Shown here: positions 29,811 through 47,131 of the stretch, one piece after another
How positions within the stretch are numbered: the first letter of the stretch is position 1
Layout of the letters: every line of letters begins with the position of its first letter
NCBI RefSeq assembly: GCF_000315625.1
Contig: NW_005434529.1
Coordinates: 69,154-133,153 of the forward strand
Direction of reading: 5' to 3'
DNA from: Guillardia theta CCMP2712
Lineage: Eukaryota; Protista; Cryptophyta
Length of the DNA stretch: 64,000 nucleotides
The notes under the pieces: generated by a model
Databases searched by the model: none
Seen by the model: the letters and a program-made list of their open reading frames with translations, nothing else
What the model was told of the DNA's origin: nothing
Translations under genes and position numbers: made by a program

Positions 29811-31194
29811 ATGGCTTCGCAGCGATCGAATCAGTTCATTGAAGAGTACGCGGGTCCAGTCAGCCTGTACGCCTACCTGGCGCAGCGATGGAAGGTTTGT
29901 CCCATCTTTCTTCGGAGGAACCTATCCTACAAGAGGAAGCACGAGGACGCCGAGAAGAAGAGGGGGGACCGGGGACTGGCAGTGAGCAAGGACAAGCAGG
30001 GTTCAAACTTGTCGGATAGCCCGACACACCAGACAGCCCACACGGACCCGGGGGAGAACAAGGAAGTGCAGGAGTCGGTCAACCTGCGGAGATTTATCAG
30101 CTCCTCGAGGAAGAGTCACCTGACGTTCCGGCTGAGATTCAACGAGGGTTCACAGGAGAGGTAACGCATCCCTTGTTTTCTTCCCCGCGTCCTCACGGCT
30201 TCACCCTCGCAGCGTGCAGAAGCTGTCGGAGCTGCGTTGCTTGTGGTGCGACATGACGTGTAACGACCTTGAGGGGCTTCTATGGCACCTCCAAGCATCG
30301 CACGACAGGTTCTCGTATGCTTCTGAGACGGCAACATGCACTCCCGAGATCTACGTGAGCGTGAAACCCTCGAGCGACATCGCAGTCGGGTTTGCGAACT
30401 TCTCCTTCTTCTCCCCGAGGAAGGGGGGGCCTCCCCTTCACACCTCAGTCGCACACATAAATTCCTTTGAGGAGGAGATTTCGCGGGAGGTTGTTAGCTC
30501 CGAGCCCCATGTGCCGAGAGGGAAGAGAAAGCTTGGTGAGGGAAAGAAGGGACAGGCGGGTGAGGGATCGAGTTTGAAACCGTCGGGGAAGTTTGGGAAG
30601 CGATCGATTTCCAAGTCGAGCAAGGCAGGACAAGAGAAGCGATCAGAGAAGCGGTCTTTTGGTGAGCGACAGTTCTACCGCTCGCAGACTTGCCTTCCGA
30701 TCGACCCGGAGGACATGGACTACGACAGTGATGACGATGTGGATGACGAGTGGCAGCTGGCACAGGCTGAGAGGCTCATGGACGAGTTTGAGGACGTGAC
30801 GCCCAGGGAGAAAGCTTTCATGAAGCTGTGGAACAGATTCGTTCATAGGCATGCCATCCTTGCCGACTTTCAGGTCCCTGTCGCCTGCGAGACCTTCGCA
30901 CGGAACTTTGGGCAGCAGCTGATTGAGCAGGGACTCAGAGACGAGCTCCTGTTTCATCTGTTTGCTCTCTGGGACTTCAACCTGGTTGACAAGGAGCAAA
31001 TCCAGGCGTGCATAGGGATCGTTGACAACATGAAGGAGGCGCAAAGAGGTACAGGCGAGCCTGCAGGAAGCAGCTCAATGGGAGCATCTTCCTCCTCTCA
31101 GGCAGTCAAGCAGGTCCAGGGGGGGCGCGGCAGGGAGTTTGGCACAGCAGACGAATGGAGACTTCAAGTTAGGCCGGTCAACTTGAGGAAATGA
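29811..31194 (+). CDS. SUZ12: Polycomb PRC2 subunit SUZ12/EMF2-like (C2H2 zinc finger + VEFS box)
   Basis: N-terminal PVSLYAYLAQRWKVCPIFLRRNLSY. Zinc finger CLWC...HLQASH. VEFS box RQFYRSQTCLP...DEFEDVTPREKAFMKLWNRFV...HLFALWDFNL. One intron 30161-30212. Confidence 0.9.
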
Positions 31195-31266
31195 GAGATG
31201 CTGACTGGGACCTTGACAAGCGAAATCCCTGGACATTCTGATCATTTCGCCATTTTCCTTGTTCTT

Positions 31267-33323
31267 TTATTCCAGTGGAGGACAATCGGGATCGTCCTCG
31301 AAGTCTTGATCGACTGAGACTTTCGAAAGCTTCTGCGTCAGCGGGCGGATGTCTGCCTCGTGTCTGTTGGGGGATTGCTTGGTCATGCTGCTCAAAGGTG
31401 GTTAGAGGGGAAGAAAAACAATGACAGCTTCGCACTTCTTGATGTCCACGCTTCCCTGTAGCTCGTTCGCCATCCGCCGGTTCCGAGGAGCCTCACTGGC
31501 TTGTAGCGTCACTGCCTTGTCCTCCTGCTTGGCCGAGCGCGTCTGAGGAGGAAGATCAGCAATGCTGCGGGCGACTTCGCTGTTGGTACCCAGTGAAGCT
31601 TCGGGCAGATGATCTTAAGTTCTCCCGTGATCTGCGATCTCTGAGCCGTCGCAGCGTCTGCACGAACTTCCTCGGGGAGCAGCAGCTGCACTTGTTGTCA
31701 TACTCCCATGCAAACACATCCCGCCCCACCCATCCTCCAATACCAATCTCCCCTTCTTTCTCCTCCTCCTCCTGCGGTAGCTACCATCCTCCTTCTGCAT
31801 TTCCTCCTGCTGCAGCTACTATCCTTCTCCTCCTCCTCCTCCTCGCCCTGTTCCTGCCTCGCCTTTGCTTCCTCCTGCTTAACCAGGGCCGGGCGAGGAC
31901 CTGGATGATCTTGTCGTGCTTCTCGGGCTTCCTGCAAGTCACTCGGAAGAAGGTTGGCTGAACGTCCAAGTCGAGCATGGACGAGTCCATGAACTTGGGA
32001 AACTGCAGAGACAAAGACGTCTGACTGAGCATGCAGAAGGGGAGGAAGGAGAGCGTGGAAGAGGGAGGGAGGGAGAGAGGGAGGGAGGGAGGAAGGGAGG
32101 GAGGGAGAGAGGAGAAAAAGGAAGGGGAGAGGGGAGAGGGACCAAGAGGATACAGGGAGGATGGGGGAGTGGAAAGCAAGGGCAGGTAGAGAGGAGGAAT
32201 GCACATTGGGCTACCTCGATGCGGACAACAATATTTCCTTCCTTGTCATCGTTGATGTCAAAGTTCCACTTGCCATCGTTGCAAACTCGTGGAGTGCCAT
32301 CTGGAGACAGCCTTAACTCTCGCTCTCCAATCCTCGTCGAACCTCACACCTTCTTTCATAAGAGACCGATTCTTGTAGTAATCCTCTTTGGCCGCCTTCA
32401 TAGGGTCCTTCTCCCTCTCCATCGTCTTCTTCTCCTCGTCTTCCCGCTGCTTCTTCTTCACCTCCCGCTTGTAATCTGCCAACCGAATCTCTGGGCTGAA
32501 CCCATACAACTCCTTCCCCTCCTCGTCAGAGTCGATCTCCTGGTCAGGAACCTGTCGCAGCAAGTCACTACCTGCTAGCATGTGCTGGGCCTCTGCCGAG
32601 CTCTCTACCTGCTCTGCGTCCACAAGATTCGGATCTCCTCCCATCTGCTTCACGCGCTCCCTCGCAGCGGCCACCAGTCTCACCCTAATGTCTCGCAGCT
32701 GCTGCTCTGCTTGAATCCTCTCCGTCGCAGTGATCGCATGCCCGTCCAGCTTCTCGAGCTGTGGCAGCGTCCCGATGACGTAGAGCCTGTAGGACTGGAA
32801 CTCCGTGCAAGGGTTCCCGATGAGGAACAGTTCGCGCAGGTTGTGGTTCACCCTCAAGCTCTCAACAGACAGGAGGTTCTCAATATCGATGAAGTTGACG
32901 GTCAGGTCAAGTTTCCTCAGCTTTTCGTTCCTGTCCAATCCCTCAATCTTCTTGATGTTGTTCAGCGCCTGCCAACAGTGCAGTCACAAACAACAACGCA
33001 TGTTGCCTTCGTCTCCATCTTCTCCATCCTCCTACCCACGACACCTTACCAGGTTTAGATAGTCGAGGTCACGCAATCGCTTCAGATTCTCGATCTTTGG
33101 TATCAAATTATGTTGAAGATACAAGATCTCGAGCTCCGGGCACATTCTCGTCAACATTCTACAACCATGGTTCAAATGAAAAAGCGTCTGGAACAATCTT
33201 AAGGTGGTACCTGTTTATTCCCTCGATATTCTGCTGGTGAAGCGATATCTCCTTGAGGTTGGATAGACACCTATCATTGTGCTCCGCCCGTCCTCGCAGC
33301 ATGGCTTCATTGATCTGCACCAT
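31267..33323 (-). CDS. DNAAF11: Axonemal dynein assembly factor LRRC6/DNAAF11 (tilB)
   Basis: MVQINEAMLRGRAEHNDRCLSNLKEISLHQQNIE; LRRs and LRRcap (GNPC..YRLYVIGTLPQLEKLDG); CNDGKWNF...PKFMDSSMLDLDVQPT...AQRSQITGEL; C-terminal DFEDDPDCPPLE*. Confidence 0.93.
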
Positions 33324-34044
33324 CTTGTAGCTGGATGCATCATGTCAGCCAGAGCGGCAGGGGAAGGGTAGAACATGGACTAGAGTGTCCCGTCAACCGT
33401 ATCTTGACGTTTCAATTTCACTCATTTGATCACGAAGAATCCACAGCCGATATGATAGCTTCAGATTTCATCTCATGGTAATCGCTATACTTCTTCTTCC
33501 ACAACTGTCCTCACCCTTGACTCCCTCCCTCTCTGCACGCTGCCATTCTCCATGCCTGCCCGCCTTGTTTTCCTGCTTGCCTACGTGCATGCTTGCCTGC
33601 TGCCTTGCCTGCATCTCTCCTTGCTTGCCTGCATCTCTTGCCTGACTCCCTCGTTCCCTCGTTCCCTCGTTCCCTCGTTCCCTCGTTCCCTCCTTCCCTC
33701 CTAGTTCTCGCATTCGCGAATTGCGGTTTTCGTTTTCTGAAGTGATCAGAGCGGGGATGAGGGTGGAAGTGCTGGATGAGATCAAGATGATAATGAGGGC
33801 GATGAATTGAGCATGAGGGCGATGAGTAACATGTCTTTGGTTGTAGGGGGGTGGGGTCAGAGGGTTCAAGTTGGGGTAGTACAAACTCAAGTAGTGATGG
33901 AGTGTTATGATCTTTTTTTTGCTGAGCCCGGGGGGGGGTGGGCAGAGGGGTGGGGCTAGGGGGTGGGTGGAAGTGGGGGTAGGTGGAAGTCGGGCGGGTG
34001 GGGGTGGGCGGGGGGGGGGTTGTCATTGCAGACCCAGTGGTTTA

Positions 34045-34144
34045 NNNNNNNNNNNNNNNNNNNNNNNNNNNNNNNNNNNNNNNNNNNNNNNNNNNNNNNN
34101 NNNNNNNNNNNNNNNNNNNNNNNNNNNNNNNNNNNNNNNNNNNN
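34045..34144. other. Assembly gap (100 N)
   Basis: Run of N. Confidence 1.
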
Positions 34145-34470
34145 GAAGGACAGAGCCCCGTAGATGCCGAACCCAGCCACCTCCGGCTGACGTGACGTGT
34201 CAAACTCACGGAGGCCTCACAGTTTTGAACCTGCAGGCCTCTGAGCAGAGCTGTCAGCCCTCCTTCCTTAGTCAAAACTTTGACTGCTGCATCCAGCAGC
34301 CCATCGTACGTGCCCTGTGGTGCTGTCTGCAAGAGGCCGTCACGCTCACGCGAGGGCCCAGCAGGTGTTCACCTGCATGCGGATCTTGACGGTGTCAAGA
34401 GGAACAAGAGCGGCGTGCGCGAAGCTGGCACAGATGGCTCCACTCGCTGCAAGGCGCCAGTAGACACTGC
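34145..34470 (-). CDS. Mitochondrial carrier family protein (phosphate-carrier-like), partial, runs into gap
   Basis: VYWRLAASGAICASFAHAALVPLDTVKIRMQ (PxDxxK motif), TYDGLLDAAVKVLTKEGGLTALLRGL, PEVAGFGIYGALSF. Confidence 0.8.
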
Positions 34471-34770
34471 AAGGAGTTGAGAAGCGGAGGTGGAGGAGGA
34501 GGAGAGGAGAGGAGAGGAGAGGAGAGGAGAGGAGAGGAGAAAGACGATAAGACTAGCGGTACGTGAGAGGAAGCAAGCCATGGGGAACGATAAATACCGT
34601 GAGGGAGCGGAAACTTGAAACCAGCTCGTGCTATGAGGGAAGTTAGGAAGATGCAAGAGGTGGAGGAGGCAGATTCAGTGTAAGGGTTGGGAGAGAGAAG
34701 GAAGTGAAGTGGTAGAGGTGCAGGAAAACACGAAGCGAGCAGAGAAGGATCTGGACCGATCGAAGCTTGC

Positions 34771-40277
<5,507 letters not shown>

Positions 40278-40381
40278 CCCTCGTAAACCGCCTGCCTGTT
40301 CCTCTCCTCCTGCACATGGCGCGATGACACTCAATACCGTCCACTGCATGGACAGAGCACGAACGTTGAGAGGCAGAGTCA

Positions 40382-40441
<60 letters not shown>

Positions 40442-41067
40442 AAGGGAGATTGGAAGGGAGGACGGGGGCAACAAGCTATGAAGCGAGGGATATCTTGACG
40501 GGCACATGTGCGTTGCAATCCTTGTATTGACATTGCATTCAAGTATAAAACAAGCCAGCATGGAGTTCTCACACAGTGCGTATATGACTGCAGATAGTAA
40601 GAGATTTGCCCCAACGAAAGAACAACCTTTGAAAAGTTGTTGTGGTAGCTCTACGGTGTGAAGATGAGAAAGAGAAGAAACACGAGAGAAGAAAAACGAA
40701 GAAGAGAAGATGCGGGCAGCAGGAAGCGGAAAGAAGTCAGTGGCAGGAAAAATTCAAGAGGTAAGAACCAAATGCAGAGCTGGCTGGCAACGGGAGGGTT
40801 AGAAATAAAGGGAGAGAATGGTAGGAGGGAGGGAGAGATAGGCGAGAGGAAGAGAGAGGAAGGGACGGGAAAACAAGAGAGGAAGAGGAAGGTGAAGAAG
40901 GGACGGGAAGACAATCAAGAGGAAGGGAAGGTGAAGGGAGGAGGAGGGGGAATGTACTGGGGAATGTAGAGAAAACTTGGGGAACAACCCCTACCTACCC
41001 ATGCAAACTAGAACGAGGGGGTACCACAAGAATACTATATATAAAGTAGGGGTCTATGCATATACAT

Positions 41068-41151
41068 GTCAAGGTGGCCGAGCGGTCTAAGGCGGTGGCT
41101 TCAGGTGCCATTCTGTTTCGGCAGGCGCGGGTTCGAATCCCGTCCTTGACA
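41068..41151 (+). tRNA. tRNA-Leu(CAG)
   Basis: Acceptor stem GTCAAGG/CCTTGAC, A box TGGCCGAGCGG, anticodon stem GTGGC/GCCAT with loop TT-CAG-GT, long variable arm, B box GGTTCGAATCC, discriminator A. TATA-like tract ~30 nt upstream and TTTT terminator at 41155-41158. Confidence 0.96.
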
Positions 41152-41926
41152 GTCTTTTGCTCCACCGACCTGTTCCTTCTCCTCTGACCTTCACTCAATA
41201 ATGTTAAGTTAAAAATCAGTACGAGCCCCTCGCTGGACTCCAGTGACCCGGCGAACTCAGTAACACTTACTGAGACTCAGGCCTTCCGAACGGTAAGGTC
41301 GGGCCCGATAACCGGCCCGGCCCGTGACCGGGCTGATAACGACAATCGTACGTCGGAGACTGGCCGCACACTGCGGCAGTGTTTTTTTAATTTAGCTTTA
41401 ATAAGACTAGTCCTCAGTACTATGATCATGTAGTATGGCCGGTGACCCGGCGGGCCGCCACCGACCGAGACCAGACCGTCGGACTCCCCAGGGGACCCGG
41501 TGACCGGCCCGGCCCGGCGGCGTCAGGCACTGCAACTTTGTGATCTGAATGCCATTGCATTCAAGTTCAAGTTACAGTCACGTTCTGCCTTGAGACTCAG
41601 TCGACAAGTTAGCCGCCTGTATTAGGAGAACGAGCCTGCCTCGGCATGATTTACTGTCTCAGGTTCAAAAGCCTCGAGTTCCCCTAGTCTTAATCTGCTG
41701 CCCTCTGTCGGGCCGCCCGATGGCCTCAGAGAGTGAGGAGGCGCCATGCGGGAAGGGAAGGGAGGGGAAGAAGGATGAGGAGGAGGTAAGCTGGTGAGAA
41801 GGAGAAGCAAGCTTGAGACGAGAGCATGCAAGGTCACGGTCTCTCCTCATCTTCTTCGCCTCGTGCGACGCTCTCCCCGTCCCTTGCATGCTGTTGACCA
41901 AGTAGGAGCAAAACCGTGCGGCTGCC

Positions 41927-44900
41927 ATGACGTCGGTAGGCGACGACGGAGAGAGCCAAGTGAAGGCAGACTTCGTTGCTGTCAGCACAGCAGACGATGA
42001 GACCAGAGCGTCTAGCGATGTTCACCTGTCGTTTCATAGAGAAAGGATCCAGTGGCATCGGGAGCTGATAGAGAAGTTGAAGTTGGATGAAGCTGCTGAC
42101 GCTCTCAACTCCAATATCAGCCGCACCTTCAACCAGACCAAGGATGACATCGTCGGCATCCTCCGCCGCTTTGACCTCTCCTCCCGCGACAAGTCAGGGG
42201 GCGAGGAGAACGGCTTGATGGACGGCAAGAACCAGCGAGTACTGAAAGAAGCGCAGGATCTGGTGGAGAAGACATACGGGCTTGAGAAGGGTCCCACGGT
42301 AAGAAGCTGCTAGGAGAGAGAGGATGCTGACTGTGAGCTGCAGCTGCTGCTCAAGTGCATCGATGGGATGGACGGGAAGTTGAAGTCGAAAGACATCGTC
42401 GTGCAGTGGGATGACTCCTGGGAGATGATCCTTCAGAAGCTGAAGCGAGCGTTCAAGCGCGACGTGATCTTCGAGTACGAGGTGGACGGCAGGATAGTGC
42501 GAGTGCAGGACGACGAAGCGTTCGATCGAGCCATGGAGCTGGCGGAGAGCAGCGGGGGGAAGCTCTACGGGGTGATCCAGCAGGCCATGTGGAAGAATCC
42601 GATCATCGAAGACCCGGAGCCTGACGAGCCGGAGCCCGAGGAAGAGCCTCTTCTCATCACCTGCTCCGACAGGATGGCGTACAACCCTGCTCCTTACAAG
42701 TTCCTGCTCGGCCTCGGCGGCTTCGGACTCGCTGCCTGCGTCGTCGCGTGCCTGGTCGGCTACCTTGTGCTGGGAGGTCCAGGGCCATACCTGGGGGCGG
42801 TAAGCTGAGGGAGTTTGACCGAGCATGTCTGAGATTGAGCCCGCAGATCTCGGGGACGATCCCGCTGCAGTTCTTCGTGCAGTCGTTCATCATCTCCAAC
42901 TCCGACAGCCTCCCGTTCGTTGCCGCCAAGTCCGTGGTCGCCATCGCAGGGGCCGTCATGGGATGCCTGAGCCTCAAGGCCTTCATAGAGGCCTCCATCA
43001 TGGAGGGCGCTATCGCCGCCGCTCTGTGCGTGTGCTCGACTCTGTTTCTCCTCTACGTGCTGTCGCCTCTGGTGTTCAAGTTTGTTCAGAACTCTCAGAC
43101 GCACAACAAGCGCAAGGCAAGGGGGCGGAGAAGGAAGCAGCAGCGCAGGCTGCGAGATATCCCCCTCATGGTCGCAGGGCTGCTGAGAAAGTTCTCGTCG
43201 CTCCTGCTGTACGTGGCGATCCTCGGCCTCCTGCAGTATCTCCCCATGTACCACATCTCCAACGTGGTTGCCGCCAACAAGCAGTACTCCGCCATGGGCG
43301 CCATGTACGCGAGGGGCGACGGGAAGGACAACCATGTCTACTGCTCGGGCTATACCGACCCGGCTGTCGTCATCGACGACAAGCCCGCGGTCATCTTCGA
43401 GTCCATGGAGGGCTTCGGGCAGGCGCTTGCGGTCTCGGAGATCATGTCCAAGATCGCGCGCATCGGCATCGCCTGCGCGTATGACCGGGCCGGGTTCGGT
43501 TGGAGCCCCCCCACCAACATGTCCAGGACTCCCTCGCAGATCGCGTCGGAGCTGGCCTACATGCTCACAAAGAACAACATCTACGTCACCGTCCCTCCGC
43601 GCACCGGGCAGTCCAGCAGCCTGATCCTTAAGGTGAACGTGCCTGTGGTGCTGGTTGGTCACTCGGTCGGAGCCTTCTACGTTCGAGCCTTCGCTCAGCT
43701 GTACCCCCAGTACACGGCAGCCATGGTGATCTGGGATGGTCTTCCCTCAGAGGACGAGACGCTGACGACAAAGTTCGTCTCGTCAGCCATGAAGGTTCTC
43801 TCCCCCACCAAGCTTCAGCTCTGCTACTACTACCTTGAGCCCATGGGCCTCGCCGACCTCTTCCTCAAGAGCGTCATCTACACCCCCCTCCTCAACGGAA
43901 CTTACCTGGACCAGCCCCAGCCCGCGGGGATCGGCGAGAACTACCAGCGCATGTTGGCGAGGATGATCAGCTGGCCCTGGTGCGACGCGGTCTACAAGGA
44001 GTACATCGACTTGTACTTCGGCCCCAGCCCGGGCATCGCGTTCGTGTACGCGGGAGATGCTGCCAAGTACGACATACCGATGGTCGTGTGGTCGCGATAC
44101 AACTCGGTCTACCAGAACATGCTCAACGTGGTGGATGACGTCAAGTACACCATCGGCGGTCAAGACGCTTGTCTGCAGGAGAACACCAACATCCAGAACC
44201 CTGCCGTCAACCATCCGGAGGGGACGAAGGGATGGCAGTGCGTTCAGTTCCACATCCTCTCCTACTCCAAGAAGCCCTTCCTCAACCCCAACAAGAGGAC
44301 GTGCTTCGTCAAGGGAAAGCCGGAGCTCGGCAACAACAACCCGTGCCCGGACATCTACAGGTCCATGTACAACGGCACCGAGCTCGCTCCCATGCAGGGG
44401 ACCATGGTGCAGGCAGAGCTTGTCGACACCATCCTCAACGCCTGGCAGATGCTCAACTACACCGCCAACTTTCCCTCCACCCCGTTCGCTCTCGTCTTCC
44501 AAGGCTTCTCCCCGCAGCAGCTCTCGCCTCCGGGCTGCGTCATCTCCATCGACAACTTCAGGTCGGTGATCAAGCAGAAGCTCATCGCCGTGCTGGGCCT
44601 CAGGTTCGAGGGCCTCGCTCAGATCGAGCTCATCGAGGGTCCGACTGCTTGCCCGCGCTACATCTCCCGACCCGGCTCAGGCCTCGTGCTCGGCCAGATC
44701 ATCCCCGGCGAATGCCCCGCGACAATCTGCTACGACCTGAGCGTGTGCTCGACGCCATGGACGAGCGCGAGGAACATCGCGAGGAGGAAGACTGGGAACG
44801 TCAGCATGACTCCCTCCTCGAGCGAGGAGATCGAGTTGCAGAACATCTACGCTGAGCACTACATGGGCGCGGAGGGAGGAGACGGGGTAGTGCATCTGGA

Positions 44901-46601
44901 CGCGTTTGCTGAGATGGCGTTCTTCGTTCTCTTTAGGATCGTCGGGTTCAAGAACATCGTCGTGCAAAATGCCGCCAACGTTCTCTTGTGCCCCAGCACT
45001 GAATGTGACCAGCTGCCCCTCGACCCGCGAGAGGCCACGGGAGTCTCTCCCAACACAACCCAAGTGAGGGCTGAGGAGCTCAACCGCCGGAACGCCTTCT
45101 ACACACAGTGATGAGCTAGCAGCCTGCCTGTTGCCCAGCTGACGAGCCTGTGCAGGTACAATGTGACCACGATCCTGTCGAGCGAGAGGACACTCTCGAG
45201 CAACACCTGGAAGGTGATCTCCAACGCGCTGCTGCCCTCCTGCCCGGAGAATACCTACGTGTATGGCGGGGGATGTCGCCAGTGCCCTGCCAACTCCACA
45301 TCGCCGGCAGGGTCGGTGAGTGAGACTGCGTGTGTGTGCGACCGCAACTACTACATGAACCTCGTCGACTCCGAGTACGTCTGCATCCACTGCCCCGACA
45401 ACATGCAGAGCGTCCAAGCCAGCACCGCCATCACCGACTGCAAGTGCAACCCGGGATACACGGGCCCGGATGGCGTCGCCTGCACTCCCTGCCCAGTCAA
45501 CACGTACAAGGCAGTGGTGAGGACGAGAGGCGATGTCGTCGTGCTCTTCACCTCTGACCTCTTCCCAGCTCGGAGACTTTCCTTGCACCTACTGCAATGC
45601 CTCCAACGTCGGCTGCCCCACCCGGCGTTCAAAGCCACTGCAGCAGAGAAGGAGGCGCTGGTGTGCTGAGGAGCTGCTGAGGGTCTCGAGGAGCTGACGT
45701 GTCGCTCTCCTGCAGGTGAACTGCCATGCTGCCGCCGTCTCAGCTCCCGGATCGACGCCGGGGATGCCGGGGAAGGTGATACATCCCATCTTCGGGGAGA
45801 TCCAGATGAACAACAGTGAGCCCTCGCCCTCCAGCTGATTCCCAGCTCCCTCCTCACCTTCTCGCAGCCTTCGGCACCAACTGCTCCTACGCCGCCCCGT
45901 CCCTGGAGGTCTGCACAAACTTCTCAGGTCTGAGCCGGCACCCGGAGTCGACCTTCTCCCAGTTCAACTGCACCTACGGCCCCGTGAACGTGAGCACCTG
46001 CTGCCTGCACGCTTGCTGGTCAGTGACCCTCGTGCAGAGCGAAATGGTCACGATCGGGTCCTTCAACAACCGCAAGGTCAACATGCAGTATTGTATCTTC
46101 CTGGGTCAGCCGCCTGATCAGTCCTGCAAGGTGAGGCAAACAACCCCATCCCTCTGCTCACTCCCCAGCAGGCCTTTGGAAACGTCTCCCTTCAGCGATG
46201 GCCTGTGACGACCAGCTGCGTTCCGGTGATTGATGCGAGCTTGTCTGCCCTCCCTCTCTCCAGCCCCTCCCATTACTCCCTTCCTCCCTCCCTCCCTCCC
46301 TCCCCTCCCTCCCCTCCCTCCCTCCCTCCCTCCCTCCCTCCCTCCCGCATGCTGCGTTTGCTTTGTTTAATGCAGATGATATTCTTCCCCTCCCTCCCCT
46401 TCCCTCCTTCCCTTCACTCTCTTCCTTACCTTCTTCTAGTGCTTCGCGCTGTCGGGGAGCCCCCAGTGCTGCTTCCTGGAGCACCTGGTCAGGCCCTGCT
46501 CGCCGGCATACCCGGGCGGGTCTCCCGGACACTGTGTGGAGGTAGGAGCAGAGATTCCCAAGGACCCGGTAGGTCTCGAAAGACGGGGAGAGCGAGGGTG
46601 A
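41927..46601 (+). CDS. Large membrane protein: PB1-like N-terminal domain, several TM helices, alpha/beta hydrolase, Cys-rich ephrin-receptor-like (GCC2/GCC3) repeats
   Basis: CAYDRAGFGWS and nucleophile elbow VLVGHSVG (43657-43671). CRQCPANSTSPAGS..CVC repeats. Intron 45108-45156 links the hydrolase ORF in frame to the Cys-rich exons. Confidence 0.75.
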
Positions 46602-47131
46602 CATGGCCGGCAGGCTCTTGTACAACTTTGTTCAACGACATGACGACGGTAAAGCAAGCAAGTGAGGAAACATCTGAGAGTGAGAGGAGAAGAGGAGAAC
46701 AGCAGGATGTCAAACGGCTATGATGTCAAGAGCAAACCAACGTTGAGCAACAGTCGCTCCCAAGTTCTTCCGCCGCCATGACCTCATCGCGCCGCTCTGA
46801 AGCCATGAGCCAGGGCGTGAGAGGCCTCGCCCGTCATGATTGATCACCTGAAACAAGTGAGAGTAGGACACTGACAAGCTGATCAAAGCAGAAGCGCTTC
46901 TCTGCTAGGTTTGACTCACATCTTGAAAATTCAGTTTGAGGTCAAACCCAAGACCAGATTAGGAAAGAAAGATTCAAGGATTGACTTGATTTTATTGAGG
47001 TGACAAGCTAGAATACATTCCATCAGCATCGACAAGCTTTCTTTATCAGTACAAACCCTTGTCATCTTGATCTCACCAACTTTGCGCGTGCTCGGCTGTC
47101 AAGAAGCCCTCGATGGAGTCCTACTGGAGAC

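Noticed and set aside
41068-41151. tRNA-Sec or UGA suppressor (TCA occurs in the loop)
   Set aside because: The GTGGC/GCCAT stem fixes a 7-nt loop TTCAGGT with anticodon CAG. The 7-bp acceptor stem and A73 fit tRNA-Leu.
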